The position numbers were made by a program, and so were the translations under genes. This document shows, piece after piece, positions 62,349-64,000 of a DNA stretch of 64,000 bases (the stretch's first letter is position 1; each line of letters starts with the position of its first letter). The stretch spans positions 11,505 to 75,504 of the forward strand of contig JBCCNJ010000003.1 in NCBI GenBank assembly GCA_039025905.1, written 5' to 3'. This DNA is from Pseudomonadota bacterium (GTDB lineage: Bacteria; Pseudomonadota; Gammaproteobacteria; Pseudomonadales; Halieaceae). The notes below the pieces were generated by a model. The model saw only the letters and a list, made by a program, of their open reading frames with translations, was not told the origin of the DNA and made no database searches.

Positions 62349-62804
62349 ATGGTGTACCGCTGGCAGACTAGCGAATTTGACGATCTCAGCAATAGCGATC
62401 TGTATGCGCTGCTACGCTTACGACAGGAAGTTTTCGTCCTCGAGCAAGACTGCCTTTACCAGGATCTCGATAACCGGGATCAAAACGCCATCCATATGCT
62501 GTGCTGGGGTGAGAATGAGCTACTTGCCTATCAGCGCGCGCTGGCACCCGGCAGCTATTTTTCTGACAGCGCTCTCGGAAGAATCGTTGTTAGCGCTACA
62601 GCCAGAGGTCACCAGGTAGGCAAAGAGTTGGTTCAGCGCGGGGTACTGCACAACCTGGCGCGCTGGCCAGAGCACGACGTTAGGCTCAATGGTCAAGCCC
62701 ATCTAGAGAACTTTTACAGCACTTTGGGCTTTGTCCCAGAGGGTGAGCTTTTTGACGAAGAGGGGATCCCTCACCGCCACATGGTTTACCACCGATCACA
62801 CTGA
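62349..62804 (+). CDS. GNAT-family N-acetyltransferase (ElaA-like)
   Basis: 151 aa. LYALLRLRQEVFVLEQDCLYQDLD is an ElaA-type N-terminus. Acetyl-CoA motif ARGHQVGKELV. Confidence 0.8.
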   Translation: MVYRWQTSEFDDLSNSDLYALLRLRQEVFVLEQDCLYQDLDNRDQNAIHMLCWGENELLAYQRALAPGSYFSDSALGRIVVSATARGHQVGKELVQRGVLHNLARWPEHDVRLNGQAHLENFYSTLGFVPEGELFDEEGIPHRHMVYHRSH

Positions 62805-63236
62805 CTCCAGCAGGAATGTCACCGGTCCGTCGTTAATCAGCTCCACCTGCATGTCTGCGCCAAACCGCCCCGCCGCCACCGGGCGATGACGATTGCGAAG
62901 CTGATCCAGCGTATAGTTATAAAGCGCATGGGCATCCCTCGGAGGCATCGCCTGGGAAAAACTAGGCCGCAATCCTTTCATCGTGTTCGCTGCCAAGGTG
63001 AACTGAGATACCAGTAGCACACCCCCACCAGTATCGCTGACGCTTAGGTTCATTTTGCCTGCATCATCAGCAAACATTCGATACTTAAGTAGCTTATCCA
63101 GCACACGGTCAGCCTCAGCGGGGCTATCTTCGTGATCAAATCCTAGGAACACCAGCAGTCCCGCACCAATCTCACCCACCATCTCACCTTCAATGCTGAC
63201 GCTCGCGCGTTGCACGCGTTGCAACAGGGCTTTCAT
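62796..63236 (-). CDS. dtd: D-aminoacyl-tRNA deacylase
   Basis: 146 aa. MKALLQRVQRASV...GEIGAGLLVFLG...LLVSQFTL...G.RPSF. The stop overlaps the GNAT gene end by 9 nt. Confidence 0.95.
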   Translation of the reverse strand: MKALLQRVQRASVSIEGEMVGEIGAGLLVFLGFDHEDSPAEADRVLDKLLKYRMFADDAGKMNLSVSDTGGGVLLVSQFTLAANTMKGLRPSFSQAMPPRDAHALYNYTLDQLRNRHRPVAAGRFGADMQVELINDGPVTFLLESV

Positions 63237-63239
63237 CCG

Positions 63240-64000
63240 TTATCCACGCTCAGCCCGTCGGCGTTCGTGTTCTAACAGGAGCTTTTTCCGCAAGCGAATG
63301 CTCTGTGGCGTGACTTCAACCAGCTCATCATCTGCGACAAACTCTAGCGCCTGCTCCAAGGTGTGAATCACAGGGGGTGTTAAGGTAAGCGCTTCATCGG
63401 TTCCAGACGCGCGTATGTTCGTTAGCTGTTTGCCCTTGGTGGGATTCACCGTAAGGTCGTTGTTTCGGCTGTGCAGCCCAATGATTTGGCCCTCGTATAC
63501 ATCGACATTGGGGTGAATAAATAAGCGCCCCCTATCCTGTAAATTAAACAGGGAGTACCCCAGTGTCTTGCCCTTCACCATGGATACCAATACCCCATTG
63601 GTCCGCGCAGCCAAATCCGCTTTTTTCGCGGGTCCATAGTGATCAAATACATGCGTCATAATGCCGCTACCCGAGGTCATAGTAAGAAACATCGAGCGAA
63701 AGCCGATCAGGCCACGGGCGGGTACGATGAACTCCAAGCGCACTCGACCTTTACCGTCCGGGACCATGTTCTCCAGTTCCGCACGGCGCAATCCCAGCTC
63801 CTCCATGACCGCCCCCTGATGCTGCTCCTCGCAATCGATCACCAGTTGTTCAAACGGTTCATGCAATTGCCCATCGACCTCTTTTTGGATGACTTCGGGT
63901 TTCGACACACCCAGTTCATAACCCTCCCGGCGCATGCTTTCGATCAGGACCGATAAATGTAATTCTCCTCGGCCAGACACCTTGAACTTATCGGGGCTAT
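63240..64000 (-). CDS. typA: Translational GTPase TypA/BipA, C-terminal part (5' end outside window)
   Basis: The frame stays open to base 64000. KFKVSGRGELHLSVLIESMRREGYEL and the C-terminal block closely match BipA. Confidence 0.93.
   Translation of the reverse strand, partial: SPDKFKVSGRGELHLSVLIESMRREGYELGVSKPEVIQKEVDGQLHEPFEQLVIDCEEQHQGAVMEELGLRRAELENMVPDGKGRVRLEFIVPARGLIGFRSMFLTMTSGSGIMTHVFDHYGPAKKADLAARTNGVLVSMVKGKTLGYSLFNLQDRGRLFIHPNVDVYEGQIIGLHSRNNDLTVNPTKGKQLTNIRASGTDEALTLTPPVIHTLEQALEFVADDELVEVTPQSIRLRKKLLLEHERRRAERG

Overview
This is a 64-kb chromosomal segment of a gammaproteobacterium at roughly 55% GC. Gene order closely parallels the Pseudomonas-type region hemE-gltDB-aroBK-pilQPONM / ponA - malic enzyme - rpmE / priA-argS-SPOR-hslVU-DUF971-ubiEJB-hisIE-tatABC; the taxon assignment is inference only. 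I call 59 protein-coding genes, including one edge-truncated ORF at bases 1-235 that is missing from the supplied track and one truncated typA at the right edge. By eye I found no rRNA, tRNA, CRISPR array, IS element, integrase or prophage genes. About two thirds of the window is ordinary core metabolism and housekeeping. Many ORF-track entries are antisense shadows, and about 14 real genes carry spurious 5' extensions that I trimmed to canonical N-termini. The less ordinary part is 37.5-47.1 kb. It holds an ECF sigma/ChrR (zinc anti-sigma) pair divergent from a FAD-oxidoreductase - DUF1365 - Cfa-like methylase operon, which looks like a furan-fatty-acid / singlet-oxygen module. Both promoters in that divergent region share a GATCY-N16-CGTA motif. 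This operon converges, with a 16-nt overlap, on an EamA transporter - FAN1-like VRR-NUC nuclease - (PD-(D/E)XK nuclease + XPD/DinG Fe-S helicase) operon whose last two genes overlap by 11 nt. That FAN1/helicase-nuclease pair is my best candidate for an under-described system, either cross-link/fork repair or a nuclease-helicase defence module. Other items worth a second look: a 608-aa orphan protein with a split, degenerate PilZ-like signature next to efp; a membrane sensor with a catalytically dead cyclase-homology domain; an output-less dual cNMP-binding protein flanking parC; a 4 x 16-bp tandem repeat; a structured leader upstream of the cNMP-binding gene; and an HslV whose catalytic Thr is preceded by a six-residue MEQFEG extension. 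All family assignments come from motif recognition by eye, and no database search was possible.
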